A DNA stretch of 20,000 bases from Gonapodya sp. JEL0774 (GCA_027604505.1 JADIIX010000005.1:295341-315340); one strand, 5' to 3'; positions 1-11,500 are shown, numbered from the stretch's first letter. Numbers and translations are program-made. Notes: a model not told the origin generated them from the letters alone.

Positions 1-135
1 CAGTTCCTACATCATAACCCAGAGCGCAACAAATTATTTTGCAATTACAACATCGATATGACTAGAATAAAAACAAAATTCAAAATGTCCCCTGCTATAT
101 ATGATCTTCAAAGTTGTAAAACACCCCTCGTAGTC

Positions 136-3100
136 TCAAGTGCTTGTTGATAGTACACAAACACACCCACAACCACTGGGGCAAGCTTGCTTTTCGGCTT
201 CTGAGAACCAGCTTTCAACACACTCAGTGTGTCCACCATGGCGACAAACTGAGCAGAATATACTGAGACCTTTCACGGGTATTTGACAAACTTTGCAGGT
301 CAGCCGCCTCTGCGCCTCTTGGCAGTTGGAGCATACTACTAATCGGTTTGGGTGAAGATAGATGCGATGTGGTGGGTCTCCTCGACTGGTGCTAAACTTT
401 GGTATCTGTGGGTGACCACATCCATGACAGAGAGGTGCAACGTTGGACCTATCTAAGGATTCGCCTGAAGACCGCTCAACTGGAGTCCGAACAAACTTGA
501 GAATTTCGTTGCGTTGATGAAGAAAGCCCCACTGATGAAGAAGAGAGGCGTATCCAAGAAGGTATGAATCGTGACGTGCTGTTTTGGTCGGGTCAAGAAT
601 AGCACGAGCGCGAAGATACTCTGGATCTTGAGTGGCACTATTAAATCTGTAGTGTATCAATATCCAAAATCAACTCAGCGATGTTTCTGGGCCGTGATAA
701 TTCCAGAATCGAGGATACTCACCCAGCCTCTTCGTTAGCAAAATCATCCTCCGGTGCCATACGCCAGAACGCAAAAGCAGGTGAAGGCTTTCCATGCTGC
801 TTGGCCCGGAACTTTGATGGGGCATACTCTGGTGAGATGAGTGGCAATGCCAGGCTGCGTCTGGCAACCACGGGATTATCATCTGAGGGTTTAGAGATTG
901 TGACCAATCTTGAAGAGTCGGATGTTCCCATTCCGAGTCGTTGAGAATGGCGCTCTGTCTGGACGGGTTCAGAAGATGCGGTCCGGGTGGAGCCCGCAGC
1001 ATAACGGAATATGCTGGAAAGTCCCAAAGCTGATTGGGAGGGATGAACCACCCCACTGATATGTGCTTGGGTCGGAGTTACCTTTTCACCTTGTGAAACA
1101 AAGGTGTGAGGCGAGCTCGCGAGTCTACCATCGGTTATTGTCTGAAATCCTGACGGGGTACTTTCGGAATGAGAAAGAGATGAGGTGAGTTCAGGAGGGG
1201 GTGTGGGCTTCTGAACCAGTCCGAACAACGATGCTAGGTAACCCGCATCCGGTTGCAGTGCAGGTCGGGAAGGTCCTCCAGAGACGTGGCGAGAGTTACG
1301 CTGTCGAACGTGCTCATTCCTGTTTGTTCTTACAACTTCCGTTTTCTGAGCCTGACGCATCCACAAAAGTTGAGGACCCATGCTTTGAGCTGATCAAGTG
1401 CGATGTAATCCGAGTTTTGACACTGAGGCTTACCTGTCCACTGAAACGAACAGCTGTCTTGGGTAAAAGATCCGGTCTGCGATCCTCTGTCATGACGCAA
1501 GTCAAAATTGCAAGAGTCTGCACGTCTCTAAGCTTTTCTAGTTGAGAGAACCTGCATGATTTGAATTCAAGCAGCACAACGGTGAGTTTGTGATGGGTAT
1601 AACAAACTGAAATGCAGTAGGAGCTCACAGTTTCTCCACCAATCGTCGACCAAACGGGTGGCTTCGCCAGTCTACTCGTCTCCAAGTCCAAGAAGACGCT
1701 GACATAGCATCTACTGCTAAATCACCATTCTTTCCAAAGCGGATTCGTTGTCCCACAGCTGTTACGGGACCATTTTCGATACCAGCAAAAGCTGGCGCAC
1801 ACACTGAACTATCTGCAGTTGTCCCTGAAGGTGGAACGCAAGGTGTAAGGATAATCGTGGCCATAGCCCACAGTCGAGCTAGGTCTGGACGCTTAGAGAC
1901 ACGGGCGATCGCCTCATTCCTCAAGCACACATCCACGGGACTGTTACCTGAATGCACGTACTTCGCTGCCAAGCTTGGACTGACTGTGAGAAGATGGTCT
2001 AAGTCCGCCACTCTAACAACGGTCCCCAGAGTAATACGAGGCATTGATTCTATGGATGCTTGAGACCCCCGTTTTGATCTTGATGAGGATTTCGCATTAT
2101 TTTCAAGACCTAGGTCACTTAGAATGGATGATGACATGATGACGGCAACTTGTATTGCACTAACTGCTCACCTGCGGATTTTCCTGTGGTCCCTGGTTTA
2201 CCAAAGGTGTTGATGCTCTCGAAAGTTCCTGCGGTCTGATCGTTCAGCACTGCTCCCTCCCCAGTGGGTAGTCTGCCTTTGGTAAAGAAACTTTCACGCG
2301 CTGGGACTGTACCATATATTATAGTGCTGTTAGGACCTTGGTGGTCTATGGAGTCAGTGTTTTGCTGTCGCGAAGGTGCTCTTGAATCTGTTTGTGGAAT
2401 TGCTACAGGAATGGTTTGGCCAAAAGCTGGTGGCATTAATTTAGGCGTGATCGCGGAGATGCTTGAATCGGCAGACGATGATAGGCCAGCACTAACGTGA
2501 CGCTCGAGTGCCTGGAATTGACCGGTTCCCGTAAAAGATTCGTCATCTGCACGCATCCCTCTCTGAACGCCATTTCTGTCCGCAGCACCCGAATTTGTCG
2601 CCCTTTGTCCTGGAGCAAGTGAGTTGTTTGCCGCCATTACAGGGTTATACGCCTGTAAGGACCCACTAAGTTGTCCAGGACTCTCTTCCGATTGCTGGGT
2701 GACCCTGGTACCCACGCCTACGGGAGATTGAGTGTTCTTCAAAGCTTGAAGAACTCTCACTTTCTCCAAGAACCCACTCCAAATGCTCGTCTGAGGCTTT
2801 GAGACCGAAGTCTTCTCTGGGAACAACCCTCTCATCCATGAAGGCTCCGCGGTGGCAATTTTGTTGACGTCATCGAAAGTCCGCTGCCAAACTACCTCTC
2901 CAGTAACATCGTCGCACTTAAGCGCACCTGTCTCGCCCAGACCCACATCGGTTAGTGCTACCAGCGCATTTTGAAGTAAAAATGTCCGATACTCCTCATA
3001 AACGGGATAATTACGAGGCATCGAAACCCCTTGCATCCTTGGTTTGTCATCCGTGTCATCAACACCCCGTTTCAAGAAGTCCGTGTCACGAGGATGCGGA

Positions 3101-6100
3101 ATGGGAGACTTGAAAAAGTAGAGTCGACCGGTTCCAGCGGCAAAGGTTGCTCCACAGAGCCGCGGGAAGGGGACATTCTGGGCTAGAGGCATTGGCTTGA
3201 CCTCAGGTGTTACGGTTGTAGGTTCTAAACCTTTGTATGAGACACTACGTGGAAGTTTCGGCGCATCTTCAAATCGAACTCCCGCTGTGGAAGCATCAAC
3301 ATCGAGGAGCTGATTGGCGGCCTCTATCATGGATCCATCGCCCACTATGCTGAGCGGCGGCGTGGGAGCATCCCAATCGACATCTTTCTCGGGGAGAAAT
3401 CCAAAAGCGAAGTCGCCCACGATCCGCGGGTTCACGCCAAATTCCATTTGTTCTTTTGCAAAGAGTTCCTCGAACACGTGCTTGCGCCGTGTTGTCACTT
3501 TGTTCATTGCATCTGACGGCAAATCTAGTGCGATCGATGGATATCCACTCCGAAAAATGAAGGGCGCTGTAGAGAACAGGTACCGGAGACAGGGTTCAAG
3601 AGCTGGTATTCGTCGATAGGCAGACACATATGCAATTTGACTCAGCCGCTGTAGCATGCAATGGTGTTTTGAGTCTGGATTTTCACAATTCAGTGCAGGT
3701 ACCCACGTTCGCGAGTTCAATTCGTCCTTCGAGGGGAACGATTGGACTTCTCCTAATTTCGATCACGAGTGGTTCTCTGGGGTATTCTACCGGAAACTCA
3801 ACGCTCAGAACGACGAGTGCAGGAAGTGTTGCTTTCTTGTGGGTCAATTCATCAATATTTACTGTTGCTGTTGATGTCCTCTTTTGAGTGCCAGAAGACA
3901 CGAAACAGTCCGGAACGACAATCGATATTCGACATGTTCTGGACAATTTCTGCTCTCCCATTTCGTCTGGCTTCGTGTCGATAAAGTTAAAGCGACTCGT
4001 GTCATCCTCGAGCCTCAGCGCGCTTTTGCGTTTTGCGCTCCGTGGCGACGGTCCTAAAGGCACCCACCCCTCAACTGTGACCCCCGGTATCCGCTGGCAC
4101 CAAGATACTTCATCGTCGACATTAAGAACCTTCATTACTGGAAATACCGGAATCGGTTGTTGGGGCGCGACGTGGACACGGAAGCCCGAGAGTCTTGTAA
4201 TATCTTCGACAGTGTCATCTCCAAAGAACATCATCAAAGTCTCCTTCACCCTTGAATTTCCACGAACTTCTCCATCAGATGCAACTAAAGACTGTGGTGG
4301 TCTTTCGCGACTGATGAAACTGGATCCTCTGTCGCCACTACTGGTCATGCTCAGCCGATTACTGAGAGAAACTCCAGTGGACCGCGCACGTTTACGAATT
4401 ACATGCTCCAGTGCAACTGAGGTACCAGAAGGTAAACCGTCTTCCACTAACGGGAGGTCTCTGATTGGGACAACGGGGGTGAAGGAGATTATGTGGTGCT
4501 CTCCGAGAGAACGGGAGGTTGATGTGGTGATATCTGTCTCGTCCATTGGTAACATGGATTTTGAGTTCACGTGATGCCCCACATCGTCAGGGTCGTCTCC
4601 GAATCCGCGTCTAAAAGTCCACTTTTCACCAGGAATGTACCCCGCCCTCCGCATCACATCTTCCGAAATGGGCCACAGGCGAAGCGTTCTGTCTACACTC
4701 CAAGTGACGAGCTGGTAATCCTCTGAATTGAGACTTTCGGACTCTGATGCGCTGTCTGCAGCAGAAGATGCCAAGTTCCCAACTGCAACAAAGTCCCTAA
4801 TGCTGAAAGCGTTGACAGACTTTCTAGACCGCATAACAAACTCTCGCACGGAATCTCGGTGACCAGCAAACGAATGAACTGGGACCGGTCCAGGTGGAAT
4901 CGTTTCAGCGAATCGCGAAGCCGGTCCCGATGTTGCGGTCTTCTTGGAGAGCTCTCGCTTCACATGAGATTGTACAACATCTCCGCGGTTCCACAACTGA
5001 ACTGTGGTATCACGGTTACCATGTGGTGAGGTAAGGAGACCGTCACCAAAAGGTGTCAATCGAGCTCTCCACGTGGCCTGAGGGAGTATTAGAGAAGCCA
5101 CTAAGGTTGCCGGCGGAGCCGAGCCTGCACGACGCATTGAATGCACAGAAGAAGAGTTTTCGGAGGTTTTACTCGGAGACGTTGGCTGGGATGCTGGTGG
5201 AGTTTTCATCGACAAAGCACCCGACGTGTCGTTAGAAATGTTCCACAAGCGAACGGCTCGATCTTGACCACAAGTAACGAGATCGTGGGCGGAGTGATAC
5301 GACCAGTCTAAATAAAATATGCGATGGGTGTGCGCTGTCGGAGTCAGTGAAACAGGATGAGAACCTTTCTGTAGACGAGGTGACATATCACAAATAAAGT
5401 TTTCGAACGGTCAACGAATATTGAACGTAAGGTACCACTCACCCTTATATCCCAGATTCTGAGATCTTTGTCGTGTGATGAAGCGAAAATATTCTCGTTG
5501 AGTCGGTTCCATCTCACTTGGCTGGCTCCCTCTGTTGGTCGGTGAACTCTGTGATTCAAACTTCCCATTATAGGGAAACAAATTTTCAAAGCTCACCTGT
5601 CCAAGCACACCAACTTCCAACAGGCTTCGTAACACCCAGTCCTGAATGAGAGGCACTGGTCGATTCCGCTGACATGCCTCCTCCAGGAGATCGGGTGTCC
5701 CACATATGCACCCATGCATCCATACCACACGTAAGTATTCGATCAGGGTGGAAAGGGGACCAGTTAAGGTCAGATATAGCTCGAGTATGCGCAGAAAGAA
5801 CGCGCTGGACGTAGGGTGATGTTGATGACTTGATGGATAGAGCCGAGGAAGAGGAATTCACAGCCAAAGCCGGTGAGGTGTTCCAGATAAGGCAAGTTTG
5901 GTTTGACTTGATGACAGAGTGCGTTCGTTATTCACAGGTGATGTCAGAGTTCGTATCGTAGGAACTCCCACCGTTGACGCAATCGTCGTTTCTCGCCCCG
6001 GGTGCGGATTCCACTGACAATCAGTGACGTCCCACTGAGAAATGTGGGGCAAAAACCGAGGTGGTTGATTTGGATTGTCCAGATCAAGAAGGTAAAGTCC

Positions 6101-6411
6101 TTTCTTGCTGTTCTCCATGGGAAGGAGCAAACGAGAGAATGAGCAACTGCACATGGTATATATAAGCGTAGAAGGACGTGCCTCGCCAGAACTATATCTC
6201 TCCCATAAGACGACATAGAAATATTAGTGACTGGTTGATCCAACTTTATAATGAGATGTTCTTTGAACGAATTCGAGGTACTGGAAAATGGAGCCGGCGA
6301 CTCCGCACTCCCTCTAGCGACCTGGACGCCATAGCCACCCAATGAAGTGTGCGAGTACCGATCACCGGAGTTGGAGGAAGTGATTGAACGTGAGCGTCGG
6401 TCCGGGAGCAT
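136..6411 (-). CDS. WDR59: WDR59/Mtc5/Sea3 ortholog (GATOR2/SEACAT subunit): WD40 repeats + RWD-like domain + C-terminal zinc finger/RING; about 1880 aa, 10 exons
   Basis: Hand-spliced exons in transcript order: 6411-6182, 6107-5972, 5906-5597, 5531-5443, 5368-3707, 3648-2172, 2109-1629, 1551-1434, 1351-723, 646-136. All phases are consistent (5643 nt). Family motifs: DIVLASKKGLYLLDLD, AHTRAISDLNWSPFHPD, GASQVRWNR, YQLVTWSVDRTLRLW, LEPCLRYL, NVPFPRLCGATF, HPFGRRL, RDVQTLAIL, and C-terminal CKVC..CSVCRHGGHTEC..WF..CPSGCGCVC. The start ATG (6411) and the acceptor at 1352 versus 1346 are less certain. Confidence 0.93.
6108..6181 (-). other. GC-AG intron (WDR59 intron 1, 74 nt)
   Basis: The junction AG|GCACGT...AACAG|C restores DIVLA-S-KKGLY. 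The only nearby GT alternative (GTCCTT) is a poor donor. Confidence 0.75.
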
Positions 6412-7288
6412 TCCCGCAAGACGTCCCACTACTTGGACAATGATTCACGTAGAGCTTGATGAATCGTGTTGTAGTGCTCTCAATAGTCCCAGAAAGCTCT
6501 GATGCGAATAGTAAGTCCGAGATCGATGTCCTTTCCGTGATTTCCTCGTTGGGAGTTCTTGGAAGCTCGTCGTGAACTTCCTCTCTTCGTCGCTACTTGC
6601 AAAGAGAAATATTTCTCCAATTCAAGCGAGAAAAACGGCTTGGAGCGGATTATATGTACGTTTGTTGTGGCAGCATGTATGACTATGTGTGTCGACTGTG
6701 TCCTGATCGTCCGTGGCAAGTGCTTCTGCACCCCCATCATACTTTTGCTCCCAACTTACCATCCTCAAGCTGCCAGCGCAAACTGCTGGATGCATTGCAT
6801 CCAAGACCGAAAAAATAGGGACACACCCACCATGAAGCACCAGGCATGATGTAGACAACGAGGAAGGAAGTCGGGTACTGAAGTGCGTCAACATATGTGA
6901 ATGGTGCGATTGCCGTGCGGGGTTTGAGCAACGAGTGTGGCCAGGGTACGAGGCTCAAGTATGGTACACATTCGAAGTAAGGTAAAAATGGCGCTCATGG
7001 CCTCAAGGATTTGAACCACCCAACTCAACTAGTAAGTTGGTAGCAGAAACAAATCCCGCCTACAGGTGCGACTTCCACCTCCGCGAGCACCAGTACCATT
7101 CATGTTCCCTGCAAGACGGACTTGTGGGACAGGGCAGCGCGGGCACAAAAGCACACAGGGTCAGCGTGTCAAAGGACAGATAGAGAAATCAAATTAAGAC
7201 AGAGTGTGACAGTTGACGGTTCTGATCCACTGTTCGCTCTTCTCCACAAGTGTTCACTCTCCCACCCCAAATGAATTGTCTGGATCCA

Positions 7289-7818
7289 TCAATCGTCATA
7301 AGGCGTTGAGAGAGCCTCAACACGGGACCGGTCAGGAACTTTTGCGTAAATGAGGTGACCGTGGAGGTTGTGGCGATCGGGAAAGAGAGCGAGTTGAACA
7401 AGGAGACGAGACAAAGACAATTGAACAAGGCTGGTCAGGGAGAGAGCACCAAAAAATCATCACAAGACGCACGGGGGAACGACTTCGGGGGCTCCGGTAT
7501 GCGCTTTGCGCCATAGTATCTGCGGAGAGGGAGGACGGTGATGGGAAGGAGGAGGCCTACAGGGTGACACAAAGTGAAGAAACTCAGAGAGAGACTCGAA
7601 AAGATGCAGAGACCGGTCCCAGTCCCGGTGCAGAATCCCGCCACGAAGATGTTATAGCTGCGGTATACGGAATCGCAGCCGGTCATGCTTCACATCTGAG
7701 TATGTCGGAGGGGTGCAGTTCGTCTGAGTTCGGAACCAACACACGCACCTGTTATTCCAACCGCGTAAGAGACTGTCAGCACGGGCTGTTCCATCAATGC
7801 TTTGCGCAGAAATGACAT
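7289..7818 (-). CDS. NDUFA3: NADH:ubiquinone oxidoreductase 9.5-kDa accessory subunit (NI9M / NDUFA3-B9 family), 67 aa, 3 exons
   Basis: Exons 7818-7749, 7556-7473, 7338-7289 give MSFLRKALMEQPVLTVSYAVGITGLLLPITVLPLRRYYGAKRIPEPPKSFPLPDRSRVEALSTPYDD*. It has EQP, one TM helix, PLRR, a proline-rich segment and a terminal YDD, the pattern I recall for the fungal 9.5-kDa subunit. Both donors are GTGCGT; acceptors are TAG and AAG. Confidence 0.85.
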
Positions 7819-8511
7819 CGTGTGTCGGAGCTCGTGAGCTGTAGCAAACCGCCCCAATCCGGGAATGCTCGTTGCTGTGGTCGTTTCGTTCAACTCCCAG
7901 AGCACATGTCATTCCACCAATCCTTCCCCCCCTCCCCTCCTTGTGAATACAGTCGAAGTCCTTGGAATTGAGATTCATATATTCAGAGTTGCAAGAGAAA
8001 TCTTGTAGTGAATTTCGCTCTGCAAGAGTTTAAGCCTGTGTTTTTTATGACACTGATGCGCAAATGCCCGAACAAGGTGGGGACCATGATACATGAAAGG
8101 GGGAGAGCAGGAAGAAAAGATGGAAATAATCTCTGTCTGTGTTGTCCAAATACCTGTGTGTGGACCCTGATGAATCTGATTGGATGCCAAATTTGGCGTG
8201 CAGCATTCGTACCGCCGCCAGACGAGATTTTTCGCACCAGATTTGAATTCCCCACGTAGAGATTGACGCCAGCTTCAGTTCGAACCAGGAAGCAAGGAAA
8301 TTCGAGTTTGACGAGGAATCGTCACCACTTGCTTCCTCCACTTCGGTACATATTGCTGGCACAACCAGAACGTCGCAAATTCGTACTCAACGCCCAATTT
8401 CGGCCTTTCTCGGTGTTCTTAACGATTGGTCACAGTCTGGCCTTGCTTGTCTCGGCATCATTCCTCTCCTTCAAATCAGTTTTCGTCCCCTCCAATCAAC
8501 GTTTGTTTCCA
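7819..8511. promoter_or_regulatory. Divergent intergenic/promoter region shared by NDUFA3 and GCV2
   Basis: Head-to-head start codons are 693 bp apart. No specific binding site was recognised. Confidence 0.5.
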
Positions 8512-11500
8512 ATGCTTCGCGCTTCACGCCACTCTTCCCTGGCGCTCTCGCCGTCTTTCCTCTCCTCGCTGTCCCGTATTACTCAATCCACCACCCACAC
8601 CTTTCACTCATCTTGCGCACCCCTGCAGTCCCAACTCAACTTCACCTCACCGTCCGCCATTTTTCCCCAACTTGACTCCTTCCCCCGCCGACATATCGGT
8701 CCGCGCTCCAATGACCTCCCTTCCATGCTTGCCACAGTCGGTTCACCTTCCATCGACGACCTCATCTCCAAAACTGTGCCCCCAACTATCCGCTCCTCCA
8801 GCGTTCCGGCGATTGGCGAACCAATCACTGAAACACAACTCCTCGCACAGCTTAAAGCTATCGCCAAAAAGAATCTGGTTTATAAATCGTACATCGGCCT
8901 TGGATACGCCAACACAATTACGCCACCAGTGATACTGCGGAATATCATGGAGAACCCGGGCTGGTATACCCAGTATACCCCCTATCAGCCGGAAATTGCT
9001 CAAGGGAGGCTCGAGTCCCTGATTAATTTCCAGACTGTCGTCACGGACCTTACCGGATTACCAGTGGCGAATGCATCGCTACTAGATGAAGGTAGGCGGC
9101 CCACAAGTTTTCTGGGAGCCTGGATGGCTCTTCCCCATCCTCATTCAAATGACGTCCCCTTACGAACGCACCTCACCTCCATTGCGAAGGCACTGCCGCC
9201 ACCGAAGCCATGCTCATCGCATTTTCCGTCCACCATCGCCGGCGCACTACGTTCCTGTGCGACCGAGCCACCAACCCGCAGACGATTGCGTGTCTCCGTA
9301 GTAGGGCGGAGCCGTTTGGTATCAATGTGGTCGTTGGGAACGCCGTCAGTTGGGAAGGGGATGATTTAGGAATCGAAGTGGGCCAGAAGGCGAAGGGAAA
9401 AGGTTGGGACGATGTCATGGGAGTATTGGTACAGGTGAGTTGAGGTGGTGTAGATTGCTGGTCATGAAGTGTGGCCTGAGTCGCCGTGTTACTCACGAGA
9501 AGACCCGTGCCTCTGGCTTCTCAGATGAGATTGTGATTGGTGATTACTTTGGCTCTCTTGGGGCCTCGCGCTCACTTAACAGAGTCGTAACCTTCCCTTT
9601 TATTTGCTCTTCCCGTTGATGTTGTGGGATTGGCAATTATCAGTCGACCCACTACCACCGCATGACTAACCATCTCAATGATTTCCCAATCGTGTGCTCT
9701 TGACCAACCTTGTCTTCAAATTACTCAACCACATAGTACCCTACTTCGGATGGGCGCGTCCCTGACTATTCCACTCTCGCCGCTACCGCCCACCGTCACA
9801 AATCTCTCCTAGTCGCTGCTACGGATCTTCTCTCCCTGGCCGTCCTCCAACCTCCTGGTGAATGGGGTGCCGACATCGCCCTCGGCAATGCTCAAAGATT
9901 CGGCGTACCACTAGGGTACGGCGGGCCCCACGCAGCGTTTTTCGCAGTAAAGGATGACCTCAAACGACGGATGCCAGGGAGGCTGGTTGGTGTGAGCAAA
10001 GACGCCCAGGGCAAAGTCGCGTACAGGTTGGCGTTGCAGACGAGAGAGCAGCACATCAGAAGAGAGAAAGCGACGAGCAATATTTGCACCGCACAGGCTT
10101 TGTTGGCGAATATGGCGGCAATGTATGCGGTTTGGCATGGACCCGAGGTGAGTTTTGGGTTAAGCGATTTTGGGGTTGTTGAGACATTTTCATTTAAGAG
10201 ATTGGGCTCGTAAACATGTGCAATGTGATCATGGACTACCAACAGGGCATCAAAGACATTGCCCTCCGTGTGCACCACCTCACTGCCATTCTCGCTCAAG
10301 GCTTGAACCAGCTGAATTACTCAGTGGCCAACGCCGACTCCTTCTTTGACACCCTCACTGTTCGATTGGATTACCCTGTATCAGAGCTGGTGTCTTTTGC
10401 GCAGGAGCATGGGATCAATCTGAGGATCGATAGTGAAGAGAACGGATCGGGCACCGTGGGGGTGACCTTGGACGAGACTGTAACGAAGCAGGATTTGCAG
10501 GACTTGCTGAAGGTTTTTGCTCTCGGGTCTGTGAGGAGGAGGATGTTGGCCACGGATGGGACTGAACCATCAGTGGACGCTCTGGCAGCTGCGCGGTTCT
10601 CCTCTGCAGAACGGAGCTTCAACTTCAGCCCCAAACTCGCACGCACAAGCACCTTCTTGACACACCCTGTATTTTCAGCCCATCACTCTGAAACTGAAAT
10701 GCTCCGGTACATTATGCACCTCCAAAGCAAAGACTTGAGTTTGGCAGATGCCATGATCCCTTTGGGGTCCTGCACCATGAAACTCAATGCGACCACCGAG
10801 ATGATTCCCGTGACATGGCCAGAGTTTGCGAATTTGCATCCGTTTGTACCCAAGGAGCAGGCCTTGGGTTATCAGACACTGTTTGAGGTGGGTTTTGGAT
10901 GGTACGAGTGGTTTGTTTGCGTACCAGCCGGGCGGGCGACCGGAGCAAAGGAGAGCAACCAACGGTGATGTGTCGATGGAGTTTGCAAGGTATCCTGGCT
11001 TCTTGGATATTCTGCCCAGGGTCTGTGGCTGCGATTACTCTATTGCTACGCTGACGGTCAAATCGTCTGTCTTCTTTCTTCCAGGAACTCGAATACTCTC
11101 TAGCTAAAATCACAGGGTTTGACGCCATCTCCCTCCAACCTAACTCGGGCGCTCAAGGCGAATATGCTGGTCTTCGCGTCATCCGTGCCTACCACGAATC
11201 ACGTGGGGACTTCAAGAGGAACATCTGCCTCATTCCCGTATCCGCCCACGGCACCAACCCTGCTTCCGCCGCCATGTGTGGTATGGAAGTTGTAGTGGTC
11301 AAGTGTGACCCGACTGGTTCGCTGGATGCGGAGGATTTGAAAGCTAAGGCAAGCCTCCACAAAGACAAGCTGGCAGCCATCATGATCACGTACCCATCCA
11401 CTTATGGTGTGTTTGAGCAAGGTGTGAGGGAGGTTTGCGAGCTCATTCACTCGTATGGCGGGCAAGTTTACATGGATGGCGCCAACATGAACGCTCAAGT

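Noticed and set aside
3314..4574. Antisense ORFs within WDR59 (3314-3619, 3888-4574)
   Set aside because: Shadow ORFs of the coding strand with no independent signal.
6787..6803. Palindrome TGGATGCA-T-TGCATCCA
   Set aside because: An isolated 8-bp inverted repeat with no transposon context; could be chance.
6480..6958. Short intergenic ORFs, including Cys-rich 6559-6849 (+), considered as possible selenoprotein or small protein genes
   Set aside because: No CxxU/UxxC motif, no convincing SECIS element and no family resemblance.
7434..7463. GTGATGA ... CTGA (box C/D-like) in NDUFA3 intron 2
   Set aside because: The boxes are only 18 nt apart, with no second D box and no recognisable rRNA antisense element.
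8263..8511. In-frame upstream extension of the GCV2 first ORF from a TTG
   Set aside because: No ATG occurs before 8512, and the sequence from 8512 already looks like a mitochondrial presequence.
10888..11084. ACCGGAGCAAA and GGAGAG in GCV2 intron 4 resembling pieces of the bacterial glycine riboswitch
   Set aside because: The elements are in the wrong order, and the CCGAAG core and CUCUCAGG are missing. Intron 2 also lacks the consensus.
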